From: a virus
IMG/VR virus record: IMGVR_UViG_3300016474_000800
Coordinates: 21,141 to 85,140 of that record
DNA length: 64,000 nucleotides
Direction: 5' to 3' (one strand)
The translations under genes were made by a program, and so were the position numbers. The first letter of the stretch is position 1, and each line of letters begins with the position of its first letter. Shown in pieces: positions 40,901-49,450 of the stretch. A model generated the notes under the pieces. It saw only the letters and a program-made list of their open reading frames with translations. It did not search any database and was not told the DNA's origin.

Positions 40901-42608
40901 AACGAGAACGGTAACCCCGAGTGTTACAGTTACACCGACCATTACTCCAACACGTACCATCACTCCGTCGGTGACTATTACTCCGTCTTCAACGGTAACA
41001 CCTTCAATTACACCAACACGTACCATTACACCATCGGTTACTGTTACCCCGACGAGTACTATTACACCGTCAGTAACAGTTACACCCAGTATCACTACGA
41101 CACCAACGATCACACCAAGTGTTACTATAACACCTAGTATTACACCAACTAGGACAATCACACCATCAGTAACCGTTACACCAACCATTACTCCAACACG
41201 TACCATCACTCCGTCGGTGACAATTACACCGTCCGTGACTGTAACCCCGAGCATTACTCCGACACGTACCATTACTCCGTCGGTAACGGTTACCCCAACT
41301 ATTACCCCGACGAGTACTATTACCCCAAGTCCAAGTATTACGCCAACCCGTACTATTACTCCGTCAATAACTACGACACCAACAATCACTCCGTCAGTCA
41401 CAATAACGCCAAGTATTACGGCAACTCCGAGTATAACACCAACGAGAACGGTGACTCCAACTACAACTATTACTCCGTCTGTAACGATAACGCCGTCTAT
41501 TACACCAACCCCATCTATAACACCAACGCGTACTATTACGCCAACAATAACACCAACACCTTCAATTACACCAACACGTACCATTACTCCAACGACAACA
41601 GTTACACCAACACGTACAATAACTCCTTCAATAACACCAACACGCACGATTACACCAACAATAACACCAACACCTTCTATAACACCAACACCTTCTATAA
41701 CACCAACGAGAACGGTAACTCCGAGTATTACACCGTCACCGTCGGTGGTTGCGGCGGGGGATCAATACTATTCTATCGCAGGTTCGTACACATTTACAGT
41801 ACCTACAGGAGTTACCAGTGTTAGTATTGTCGCCGTAGGTGGTGGACAGGGCGGAGGAACGACGGGTGGTGACGGTGGAAATCTGTCGTATGTGAATAGT
41901 GTAAGTACAACCCCTTCGGAAAACTTAACTGTAGTTGTTGGAGCCGGTGGCGGGTCAGCTGCATATAATTCGTTTAGTGCAGGCGGCGTGGGGGGCGATT
42001 CATATGTCTCTCGCAGTGGGACTAATTTAGTATTGGCCCGCGGAGGCGGAAGTTTTTCCACTACGGTTGGTACAAGTTACAATGGAGGAAAGGGTGGTGC
42101 AGGAGCAACTACAATTGGTAGTGGTGGTGGTGGCGCCGCCGGCTATAGTGCAAATGGTGGAAACGGTGGCCGAACCGGATTTAGCAATGCAGCGGCGGGT
42201 ACCGGTGGCAGCGCAGGTGGGGGTGGATACGGTGGATATGACGATACCTCAAACCCCCCAGTTCAAACCTATGCCCCCGGTGCCGGAGGTGGTGGTGTGG
42301 GACCATGCGGAAGTGGTGCAAACGGGGCCGCGGGTGGTAACGGTGTCTATAATACTTCTGTTTCCACGGGAGGTGGCGGTGGTTCTGGTGGAAATACTGG
42401 AGGAAACGGTAATTCAAGTGATATTTATGGTAACGGTGGCAACGGCGCGACAGCTGGTGGCGGTGGCGGCGGTGCCGGCGCATATTATGACGGTTCGTCG
42501 TTTACAATAGGAAGTGACGGGGGATCGGGTAACACTGGACTTGTACGAATAATTTGGGGATCTGGTAAGTCATTCCCTTCAAACGCAAGTGGGTTTGGGT
42601 CATGTTGA
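37980..42608 (+). CDS. Gly-rich fibre adhesin carried on a ~1230-residue Thr/Pro mucin-like stalk
   Basis: Short N-terminal anchor MSPIIGNFG...FGLLG; [10 protein letters not shown] repeats 38044-41742; C-terminal GSYTFTVPTGVTSVSIVAVGGG...GLVRIIWG Gly-rich domain. Confidence 0.85.
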   Translation: MSPIIGNFGVANVRVFGLLGAVTPTPTPTVTPSVTPSVTPTITPSSTVTPSVTVTPTRTLTPTITVTPTVTPTHTVTPTNTVTPTVTVTPSITPSTTVTPSVTITPSFIPTTTITPSLTVTPSVTVTPSITPTSTVTPTVTPSVTLTPSITVTPTITPSVTVTPTTTVTPSVTVTPSITPTVTVTPSFTVTPSVTVTPTTTVTPSVTVTPSITVTPSSTTTPTVTVTPSITPTLTITPSLTVTPSVTVTPSITPTLTVTPSETVTPSVTPSVTITPTNTVTPSITVTPSVTPTVTITPSITVTPSVTPTTTVTPTLTVTPSVTVTPTITPTATITPSTTVTPSTTVTPSVTTTPSITPTSTVTPSSTVTPSVTITSTTTPSVTVTPTSTITPSVTVTPTITPTLTITPTSTITPTVTTTPSLTVAASVTPTPTITPSATVTPTITPTGTITPSVTVTPTITVSPSITPTNTITPSITVTPTITPTTTITPTVTITPSVTITPSITPTVTITPSVTVTPTSTITPTSTITPSVTVTPSVTPTSTITPSVTTTPTVTVTPSITVTPTITPSVTVTPSVTATVTITPSVTITPSLTPSTTITPSVTVTPSVTVTPSITPSVTVTPSITPTRTVTPSVTITPSVTVTLSITPTSTVTPSSTITPTVTVTPSVTVTPSITPTRTVTPSVTVTPSITVTPSITTTPSITPTVTVTPSITPTVTITPSTTVTPTITPTVTVTPTVTITPSFTVTPSVTPTRTVTPSVTVTPSITPTSTITPTTTITPSVTVTPSITATPSITPSVTVTPSITPTTTVTPSTTVTPSITPSTTVTPSSTITPSVTVTPSITPTRTVTPSVTITPSITPSVTVTPSLTVTPSTTVTPTITPTRTVTPSVTVTPSITPTSTITPSVTVTPSVTVTPSITPTRTITPSVTVTPTITPTSTVTPSTTITPTRTITPSITATPSITPSVTVTPSITPTRTVTPSVTVTPTITPTRTITPSVTITPSSTVTPSITPTRTITPSVTVTPTSTITPSVTVTPSITTTPTITPSVTITPSITPTRTITPSVTVTPTITPTRTITPSVTITPSVTVTPSITPTRTITPSVTVTPTITPTSTITPSPSITPTRTITPSITTTPTITPSVTITPSITATPSITPTRTVTPTTTITPSVTITPSITPTPSITPTRTITPTITPTPSITPTRTITPTTTVTPTRTITPSITPTRTITPTITPTPSITPTPSITPTRTVTPSITPSPSVVAAGDQYYSIAGSYTFTVPTGVTSVSIVAVGGGQGGGTTGGDGGNLSYVNSVSTTPSENLTVVVGAGGGSAAYNSFSAGGVGGDSYVSRSGTNLVLARGGGSFSTTVGTSYNGGKGGAGATTIGSGGGGAAGYSANGGNGGRTGFSNAAAGTGGSAGGGGYGGYDDTSNPPVQTYAPGAGGGGVGPCGSGANGAAGGNGVYNTSVSTGGGGGSGGNTGGNGNSSDIYGNGGNGATAGGGGGGAGAYYDGSSFTIGSDGGSGNTGLVRIIWGSGKSFPSNASGFGSC
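38044..41742 (+). repeat. Coding 4/6-residue Thr-Pro-Ser-Val/Ile repeat array (~3.7 kb)
   Basis: Uninterrupted TP(S/T)x(T)x units with varied synonymous codons; one exact ~54-bp duplicate near 38447 and 38549. Confidence 0.95.
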
Positions 42609-42633
42609 TGGATTTACTTAAACGAGAGTATCT

Positions 42634-43173
42634 ATGGAAACAACACAAAAATTTGTAATAAAAGTGGAAAACGGACAAGCGATTAACAATCCGTTATTAT
42701 ACAGTAATTTTTTGTTACTGTATCCGTGTCCTCGTCAAGAAATACCTACCAATGACGTTATTGGTCCTTACGGATATGAAGTCTTTACTCCAACTCCACC
42801 GACCAAACCAAATAGATTTGAACATCCTGCAAAAATAGAAAGATACGAAAAAATTGATGGAATTTGGACACAGATTTGGAAATGTGACCCATTCACTCCC
42901 GAAGAAGTTCAAAAAGAAACTGAAGCTCAATGGGAACGGTTGCGTAATATACGAAATTATCTACTACGGCAAACAGATTGGACACAATTAAATGACGCCC
43001 CGACAGACCAATTACAACAGGTTTCGTGGATTTTATATAGGCAAAAACTAAGAGATATCACAAAAGTCGTCACTGATCCTTTTGATGTGGAGTGGCCAAC
43101 ACCCCCCGCGGACATAACACCGAAAATAGACACTTCTAAATTTTTAGCTCCCTTGACAAAAACAAATGGTTGA
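42634..43173 (+). CDS. Tail fibre assembly chaperone
   Basis: WERLRNIRNYLLRQTDWTQLNDAP...YRQKLRDIT...WPTPP. Confidence 0.85.
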   Translation: METTQKFVIKVENGQAINNPLLYSNFLLLYPCPRQEIPTNDVIGPYGYEVFTPTPPTKPNRFEHPAKIERYEKIDGIWTQIWKCDPFTPEEVQKETEAQWERLRNIRNYLLRQTDWTQLNDAPTDQLQQVSWILYRQKLRDITKVVTDPFDVEWPTPPADITPKIDTSKFLAPLTKTNG

Positions 43174-43175
43174 GT

Positions 43176-43184
43176 ATATTTATA
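43176..43184 (+). promoter_or_regulatory. Candidate late-promoter motif ATATTTATA upstream of the glycosyltransferase cluster
   Basis: Ends 37 nt before ATG 43222; identical to the motif upstream of the tube and fibre genes. Confidence 0.5.
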
Positions 43185-43221
43185 CAAGGTCTGTTTAATA
43201 AAGTTTTAATAAAGAGGTTAT

Positions 43222-44484
43222 ATGAAGAAGAAATCTCCCCCAACTATCTATGTTCAGATCGCGTCATACCGTGATCCAGAACTGTTAAATACTATTCACG
43301 ATTGTATCAATAACGCTAAGAGTCCTAACAACTTACGTTTTGGTATTGCGTGGCAACACTCTCCATACGAAACGTGGGATAACTTAACTGAATTTGTTAA
43401 TGATGAACGATTTCGTATTATTGACATTGATTACCGAGATTCTAAGGGTACGTGTTGGGCTCGACATAAGTTAAACAACTTATACCAAGATGAAACCTAT
43501 ACGTTACAATTAGACTCCCATCACCGATTTACTGACGGGTGGGATCAAACTCTAATTGAAATGTTAGAAGGTTTACGAACCAAAACGTGCCCTAAACCTC
43601 TATTAAGCGCGTATCTTCCAAGTTTTGATCCTGCCAACGATCCCAATAGTAGACTAACTTCGCCGTGGATCATGGAATTTGACAGATTTGCACCAGAAGG
43701 TCCAGTACATTTCATGCCACATAGTGTTGATGATTTTATGACGAGAGATAAACCAATTCCCTCACGGTTTATGTCTGGTCATTTTATATTTGCTGATGGA
43801 ATTTTCTGTAGAGAAGTTGAATATGATCCAAATTACTACTTTCACGGAGAGGAGATAAATTTGTCAGTTCGGTCATATATGGCCGGGTACGATTTATTTT
43901 CTCCACATCGTGTAGTCATGTGGCACGAATATACGAGAAACAACAAACGTAGACATTGGGACGACCACAAAAACTGGCAAGATTTGGACATACAATCACA
44001 TCGTCACGGACGAGAGTTGTTGGGTATTGATGATTCCAATTCACCAAAGGTGTTGAAGAAGCATCGTAGATCACTTCGCGATTATGAACGTTATGCCGGT
44101 ATTGAGTTTTCTACTCGCCGCGTTCATAAAAATACAATAGACCGACAACAGGCGCCGTCGTCTACGGATGACATTTCCCACAAAAATGGTTTGTTGAATT
44201 TCCACAGAATGTGTGTTGATATTCACAAACCGGTGTTTACTGAAACTGATTATAATGTGTGGGTTATTGCGTTTGAAAACGCAGACGGGAAGGAAATACA
44301 ACGTGCGGATGCAAACGCAGATGAAGTTCGACATCTATTAAGTGTACCATACGAAACTGACAAGTTTGTTCATATTTGGAGAAACTTCTTCGCAGAAGAC
44401 AGACCCGTTTCGTGGGTGGTATGGCCTCATAGTGAATCAAAAGGTTGGCAGGAACGTTTAACGGGAACATTTAAGACATCATAA
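43222..44484 (+). CDS. GT60-like glycosyltransferase (Skp1/polypeptide alpha-GlcNAc-transferase family), paralogue 1
   Basis: IYVQIASYRDPEL..TI, LRFGI..Q, KGTCWAR, YTLQLDSHHRF (DxH), LLSAYLP, FMSGHFIF, FHGEEINLSVRSY..GYDLFSP...WHEY. Confidence 0.85.
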   Translation: MKKKSPPTIYVQIASYRDPELLNTIHDCINNAKSPNNLRFGIAWQHSPYETWDNLTEFVNDERFRIIDIDYRDSKGTCWARHKLNNLYQDETYTLQLDSHHRFTDGWDQTLIEMLEGLRTKTCPKPLLSAYLPSFDPANDPNSRLTSPWIMEFDRFAPEGPVHFMPHSVDDFMTRDKPIPSRFMSGHFIFADGIFCREVEYDPNYYFHGEEINLSVRSYMAGYDLFSPHRVVMWHEYTRNNKRRHWDDHKNWQDLDIQSHRHGRELLGIDDSNSPKVLKKHRRSLRDYERYAGIEFSTRRVHKNTIDRQQAPSSTDDISHKNGLLNFHRMCVDIHKPVFTETDYNVWVIAFENADGKEIQRADANADEVRHLLSVPYETDKFVHIWRNFFAEDRPVSWVVWPHSESKGWQERLTGTFKTS

Positions 44485-44495
44485 GGGAAAGTTAT

Positions 44496-45782
44496 ATGAA
44501 AAGAAAAAAGAACACGATATTTATCCACGTTCCGGCATACCGAGAACCAGAATTATTACCCACGATCAAGGACGCTATTGCGCAGGCAAAATACCCAGAA
44601 AAACTACGATTTGGTATCTGTAGACAATATCATCCAGATGATAAATTTGACAATCTTGATGAGTATCGGAAGGACTCTCGGTTCAGAATTTTAGATATAC
44701 ATTACACTGAAGCGAAGGGATTACCGTACGCAAGACAACAGATCAACAATCAATTGTTCAAGGATGAAACCTACATCCTTCAGTTAGATTCGCATCACCG
44801 ATTTACAAAGAATTGGGATGAAACATTGATTACCTACCATGAATTACTCAAGAAGAAAGGTTATAAAAAACCAATACTAACTGGATACCTTCCATACTAC
44901 AATCCATTTAATGATCCCGCGGAACGGGTTCAAGTACCGTGGCAGCAACAGTTTGCATCGTTCTATCCACACGGTACTATTTTTATCCGTCCCGGTTTGT
45001 TGGAAGGATGGGAAACATTAACTGAACCAGTTCCATCACGATTCTTATCTGGACATTTCTGTTTTGCAGATGGTCATTGGGCACGTACAATTGAACACGA
45101 CCCAGATATTTTCTTTAGTGGAGAAGAATTGAACTTAACGGTTCGTTCATTTACACATGGGTATGATATGTTCCATCCACCCAAGGTAGTTGTTTGGCAT
45201 GCAACGAATCGGGAAGAACGTAGTGGTATTTTGGTGTGGGATGATCAATATAAGAGAGGTGAGGATTGGTGGTCTGCGCAAGTAAAAGCGTGGAAGAAAA
45301 TTAGAACTCTTTTACGAACTGAAGAAAATCCAGACGTTGACCTGTCAGGGTTTGATTTGGGAACCGAACGTTCATTACAAGATTTTGAACGATATGCGGG
45401 ATTTGATTTCAAGAATAAACGTGTACAGTGGGATACATTGCAGAATAAGTTTCCACCAAATCCTACCGTATCTGATGAGGAGTGGGAAAATGGATTTGCC
45501 CGTTCGTTCTACCAAAATGTTCGATTCGATAAACACCAGTTTAAACACAACGACTATGATTGTTGGATTTTCTCGTTTGATGATGAAAACAATGAAAGTC
45601 TATTCCGTGATGACTTCAATGAGCAGCAGATTCAACAGATTATGGCATCACCTGACCAATGGGTGTCTGTTGAAAAGTTTGGATTGGTTAAGAAGATTCC
45701 TCACAAATGGGTTATTTGGGGGCACAGTAAGAGTGCCGGTTGGGCGGAACGTATAGAACATACTATCGACAATTGGAAGTAA
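44496..45782 (+). CDS. GT60-like glycosyltransferase, paralogue 2
   Basis: IFIHVPAYREPELLPTI, KGLPYAR, YILQLDSHHRF, FLSGHFCF, FSGEELNLTVRSFTHGYDMFHP...WH. Confidence 0.85.
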   Translation: MKRKKNTIFIHVPAYREPELLPTIKDAIAQAKYPEKLRFGICRQYHPDDKFDNLDEYRKDSRFRILDIHYTEAKGLPYARQQINNQLFKDETYILQLDSHHRFTKNWDETLITYHELLKKKGYKKPILTGYLPYYNPFNDPAERVQVPWQQQFASFYPHGTIFIRPGLLEGWETLTEPVPSRFLSGHFCFADGHWARTIEHDPDIFFSGEELNLTVRSFTHGYDMFHPPKVVVWHATNREERSGILVWDDQYKRGEDWWSAQVKAWKKIRTLLRTEENPDVDLSGFDLGTERSLQDFERYAGFDFKNKRVQWDTLQNKFPPNPTVSDEEWENGFARSFYQNVRFDKHQFKHNDYDCWIFSFDDENNESLFRDDFNEQQIQQIMASPDQWVSVEKFGLVKKIPHKWVIWGHSKSAGWAERIEHTIDNWK

Positions 45783-45785
45783 TTC

Positions 45786-46709
45786 ATGAATCTAATTTTT
45801 GAGTTTGGGGGGCCAAACGAAGGGTTTACTGCAACCTACACGAAAATTTATGAAAAGTTCAACCAACACTACCCAGACATTAACAAAACTCATGTTTTGA
45901 AGGGAATTGGTCATTGTGATCACACAGGTGGCCGGTGTGGAATTTCATCAATGGCTATTATAAATGCAGATAACAACAAAGCAACAGTTCTTGCGTTTTG
46001 GGATCGTGGGACAGAAATTATTTTTGGAAACTCATGGAGTGGTTGGGCAGGTGTTAATATTGTGCATTGTATCGGAGGTCTTGGGGTGAGTATTGATCGG
46101 TTACCTACGTTTCCGATTAAATTTACTCCATTTCATTATCCATTAGAAAAACTGGTACGGTATGATTATATTCAAAACTATCGTCGTCCGTACGTACCAA
46201 TAGAAAAAGTCCAGAAAGCATGTTTCATTGGTAACATTTACAATGGTAGAGAAAAAATTGTTGAGGAGTTACGTAAACATCCACTGTTTGATATCTACGG
46301 AATTGATGCAAACTATCACAATTCTGCATATTTTGAGAAAATGAGCGAGTATGTATTAACGTTGTCGTTGAACGGCAACGGAGAGTTGTGCATGCGAGAT
46401 TTTGAATCAATGGGTCTTGGGATACCAGTGGTTCGTTCCGAGGTCAAGAGCATGATGTCGCCTCCGTTTATTGATGGACAAAATTACATTAAGGGCGCAG
46501 CTCCCTCGTTTGACGCATGGTTTGTGTACGGAGGCAAAGATGTTCAAATTGCAGAACAGTTCATACATTCTGTAGAAACTGTAATTAGTAACCATGAATT
46601 GTTGAATACTGTATCTCAGAACGGTATTCAATATTTTGACGAATATTGTTATCCCGAAAAGATTGCAGAGAAGTTTTTTGATGTGTTTGATTTAGACATT
46701 TTACGATGA
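45786..46709 (+). CDS. Putative GT-B-type glycosyltransferase
   Basis: ACFIGNIYNGREKIVEEL...YFEKMSEYVLTLSLNGNGELCMRDFESMGLGIPVV; cluster context. Confidence 0.6.
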   Translation: MNLIFEFGGPNEGFTATYTKIYEKFNQHYPDINKTHVLKGIGHCDHTGGRCGISSMAIINADNNKATVLAFWDRGTEIIFGNSWSGWAGVNIVHCIGGLGVSIDRLPTFPIKFTPFHYPLEKLVRYDYIQNYRRPYVPIEKVQKACFIGNIYNGREKIVEELRKHPLFDIYGIDANYHNSAYFEKMSEYVLTLSLNGNGELCMRDFESMGLGIPVVRSEVKSMMSPPFIDGQNYIKGAAPSFDAWFVYGGKDVQIAEQFIHSVETVISNHELLNTVSQNGIQYFDEYCYPEKIAEKFFDVFDLDILR

Positions 46710-47761
46710 GTGTTATGGACAAACCAGTTATTTCAACATGGGGAATCGGACCAACGTACCGACAACGTGTTAAAGAAAATATCCTTGAAGCTATGGATTC
46801 TGGCTACGCAGACATCATGGATTACGTTATTCTCACGGACGACCCCTCCGACTTTACAAAGTTTGCTAAGAAAACGAAACGAATAAAAGCAGTGGTTGAC
46901 ATTCATAAAGAACGTGAAACACATCCGTGGTCACCACAATTTGAACACGTTCCACCAAAGACAAAGAATGAAAAACTTTACGCCGATGTGTATTTAGAAA
47001 ACTTACACCACAGTAAAAGTTTTTCATATTCCCTACACCGATTTGTATTACCAACTCTTGCGAGATTAGGGTATACAAAATTTGTGTTCATGGATGCGGA
47101 TGTTAAAATCAAATATGACAAAATTGACAACGAATATACCGCAGAAGAATTTTGGCAGGAGTTTGAAACCACGCCAGATACAATGAAGGGGTGTGTTGCG
47201 GAAGAAGTCTATGTAGATCATATGGCGGTCCACGGGGGGCAAACATCGTTGTTACTTACACGGGCGATGGGTTCTAGTGCATCTATGGGCGCGTTACAAC
47301 TAGGTTCAATTATCCTAAACGATTTATACAAACAGTATAATATGTTTAGAGATCCCATATTGTTGCGTATGCCCATCACCGAAGGACCATTTCGATACTA
47401 CCACTTCAGTTCTCCCGACAAAGTACAGGCGTATTTCAATATTTGGAACGAAGTTACCAAACAAATTTTTACCAATCCGTTTTTATTGAATTATCAACGG
47501 TGTGGTGGGTATATGATTTGTGATTATATGCCTGTGGCAATATCCAACATATTTCATGAAATGAAGGTTGAAAACTTTCCAAACCGAGTATACCAACGTA
47601 GAATATATTACGAAGATCGGTATTTCATCCCACCTCCTGCTGCTGGACTAAGTACAAACTTCATTCCCGCATCATCGAAGGAAGAATTTTTTGAAAAGAA
47701 CAAAGAGTTAGTAAATAAGATGGTAGAATTAAAAGCATGGCCTCACATTGAACCTTATTGA
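46706..47761 (+). CDS. Putative GT-A-type glycosyltransferase
   Basis: YVILTDDP and FVFMDADVKI (DxD motif); ATGA overlap within the cluster. Confidence 0.5.
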   Translation: MSVMDKPVISTWGIGPTYRQRVKENILEAMDSGYADIMDYVILTDDPSDFTKFAKKTKRIKAVVDIHKERETHPWSPQFEHVPPKTKNEKLYADVYLENLHHSKSFSYSLHRFVLPTLARLGYTKFVFMDADVKIKYDKIDNEYTAEEFWQEFETTPDTMKGCVAEEVYVDHMAVHGGQTSLLLTRAMGSSASMGALQLGSIILNDLYKQYNMFRDPILLRMPITEGPFRYYHFSSPDKVQAYFNIWNEVTKQIFTNPFLLNYQRCGGYMICDYMPVAISNIFHEMKVENFPNRVYQRRIYYEDRYFIPPPAAGLSTNFIPASSKEEFFEKNKELVNKMVELKAWPHIEPY

Positions 47762-47764
47762 GTT

Positions 47765-49450
47765 ATGGCAAATATTGGATTTTATGGATCGCATAATGGT
47801 GCAATAGCAGTTGAACAGGATGGTAAAATCATTACCGTTATTGAAGCAGAACGTTTTATTGGTACAAAAAACGTAGGATTTGCACAGTATAAGATTCCAA
47901 AACACAAAAGTACCCACGATTTGATCGAACTTGTTGAAAATGTTCTTACGTTCATTAAAAATGAATATGGAATTGCTGAATATGAAACATGTGCATACGG
48001 AAATACAAGTGTTGTCATCAACAATCAAGTTTTAAATCTACACGAAGTAATTCCTGCAAAAAACAAAATTGCATACCACCATCACTATTCACATGCGATG
48101 GGAGCGTTTGCACAATCTCCGTATCCCGAAGCGCTAGTGTTTTCGTTTGATGGTGGTGGTGATGATGGCAAGTTTAATATCTACCACTGTGTTCGGGGTG
48201 AACCCGGAAGACTACTCCACCGCGTTCCATGTCCACGTATTGAAGACGGTGTGGCAGGATTCTGGACAGATTCTACGGGGGTGACTAGACCAAACTGGGC
48301 AGATTACGATTTAGGATTTCCCTATATGTTAGTCGCACACTATCTCAATGATATTAAACTTGAACAATTGAGTGATGGTAATTTGGTGTATTCTGGAAAG
48401 TTGATGGGACTTGTTTCGTATGGTACCGTGCGAGACGAGTGGTTACCTGCGTTTATGGAATACTATAAGAGTAATCCCGGAGGTCCAACACATCAAGAAA
48501 AAATAAATGAACTTGGTGAGCAGATTGACGTAGTATTTGATACTAGTAATAGGTTGACAGGACAACTCGCGTATGATATTGCAGCAACATCGCAACGTGC
48601 ATTTGAAGAATGTTTCTTGGAAATTGCACGTCCATTCATGGAAGAATACAAGGACTTACCAGTATGTATTACGGGTGGATGTGGACTAAATATCATTCTT
48701 AATACCAGACTAGTAACAGAGTTTAAGAAAGATGTATTTGTTGGTCCAAACCCAAATGATTGTGGATTGGCGGTTGGTCTGTTAGCGGCACATTTACAAC
48801 CAACTGAACAATGGGACGTTACCTACAGTGGACTTCCTATTTTGGACAAATATCTGTTTGATTACTATTTTAACAGTACTCAGTTATCTCACTGGTGGAA
48901 AGATCATTTAGATATATCCGATGTTGTTGAAGACCTATCTGATGGTAAAATCGTTGGTGTATTGCGTGGGCGTTCTGAACACGGCCCACGGGCGTTGGGA
49001 AATCGAAGTATTATTTGCAATCCCATGATTCCTGAAATGAAAGATGTATTGAATTCGAAGGTCAAACACCGTGAATGGTACCGACCATTTGCACCAATTG
49101 TCCGACTGGAAGATGTCAATACGTATTTTGAGTGGGAAAAGGAGTCTCGGTGGATGTCATTTGCTCCAAAAGTACGAGAAGAGTGGAAGGAAGTTCTTCC
49201 GTCTATTACCCACGTTGATGGTACAGCAAGAGTTCAGACCGTTACGAAAGAACAAAATCCATTTATTTATGAATTGTTGACACAGTTCAAGGAAAAAACC
49301 GGAGTGGGTGTTTTGTTGAATACCTCGTTCAATATTAACGGGATGCCGATTCTCACTACGTTGCATGACGCGTTGTATGTGTATCATACTTCACAGATGG
49401 ACACTTTAATTGTCGAAAACTCTTATATTAGGAAGTTTATGAAACTATGA
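47765..49450 (+). CDS. NodU/CmcH-family O-carbamoyltransferase
   Basis: GSHNG, IEAERF, HHHYSHA, FDGGGD, GKLMGL, GGCGLN, EHGPRALGNRSI, REWYRPFAP, HVDGTARVQTV, LNTSFN. Confidence 0.93.
   Translation: MANIGFYGSHNGAIAVEQDGKIITVIEAERFIGTKNVGFAQYKIPKHKSTHDLIELVENVLTFIKNEYGIAEYETCAYGNTSVVINNQVLNLHEVIPAKNKIAYHHHYSHAMGAFAQSPYPEALVFSFDGGGDDGKFNIYHCVRGEPGRLLHRVPCPRIEDGVAGFWTDSTGVTRPNWADYDLGFPYMLVAHYLNDIKLEQLSDGNLVYSGKLMGLVSYGTVRDEWLPAFMEYYKSNPGGPTHQEKINELGEQIDVVFDTSNRLTGQLAYDIAATSQRAFEECFLEIARPFMEEYKDLPVCITGGCGLNIILNTRLVTEFKKDVFVGPNPNDCGLAVGLLAAHLQPTEQWDVTYSGLPILDKYLFDYYFNSTQLSHWWKDHLDISDVVEDLSDGKIVGVLRGRSEHGPRALGNRSIICNPMIPEMKDVLNSKVKHREWYRPFAPIVRLEDVNTYFEWEKESRWMSFAPKVREEWKEVLPSITHVDGTARVQTVTKEQNPFIYELLTQFKEKTGVGVLLNTSFNINGMPILTTLHDALYVYHTSQMDTLIVENSYIRKFMKL

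Noticed and set aside
37964-41647. 1227-aa minus-strand ORF (also 1118-2440, 2651-3175, 3371-3724, 4013-4411, 53458-54231)
   Set aside because: Shadow frames: reverse complements of Thr/Pro/Val/Ile codons give stop-free V/G/T/D text. They coincide with the repeat tracts and oppose an all-plus-strand operon.
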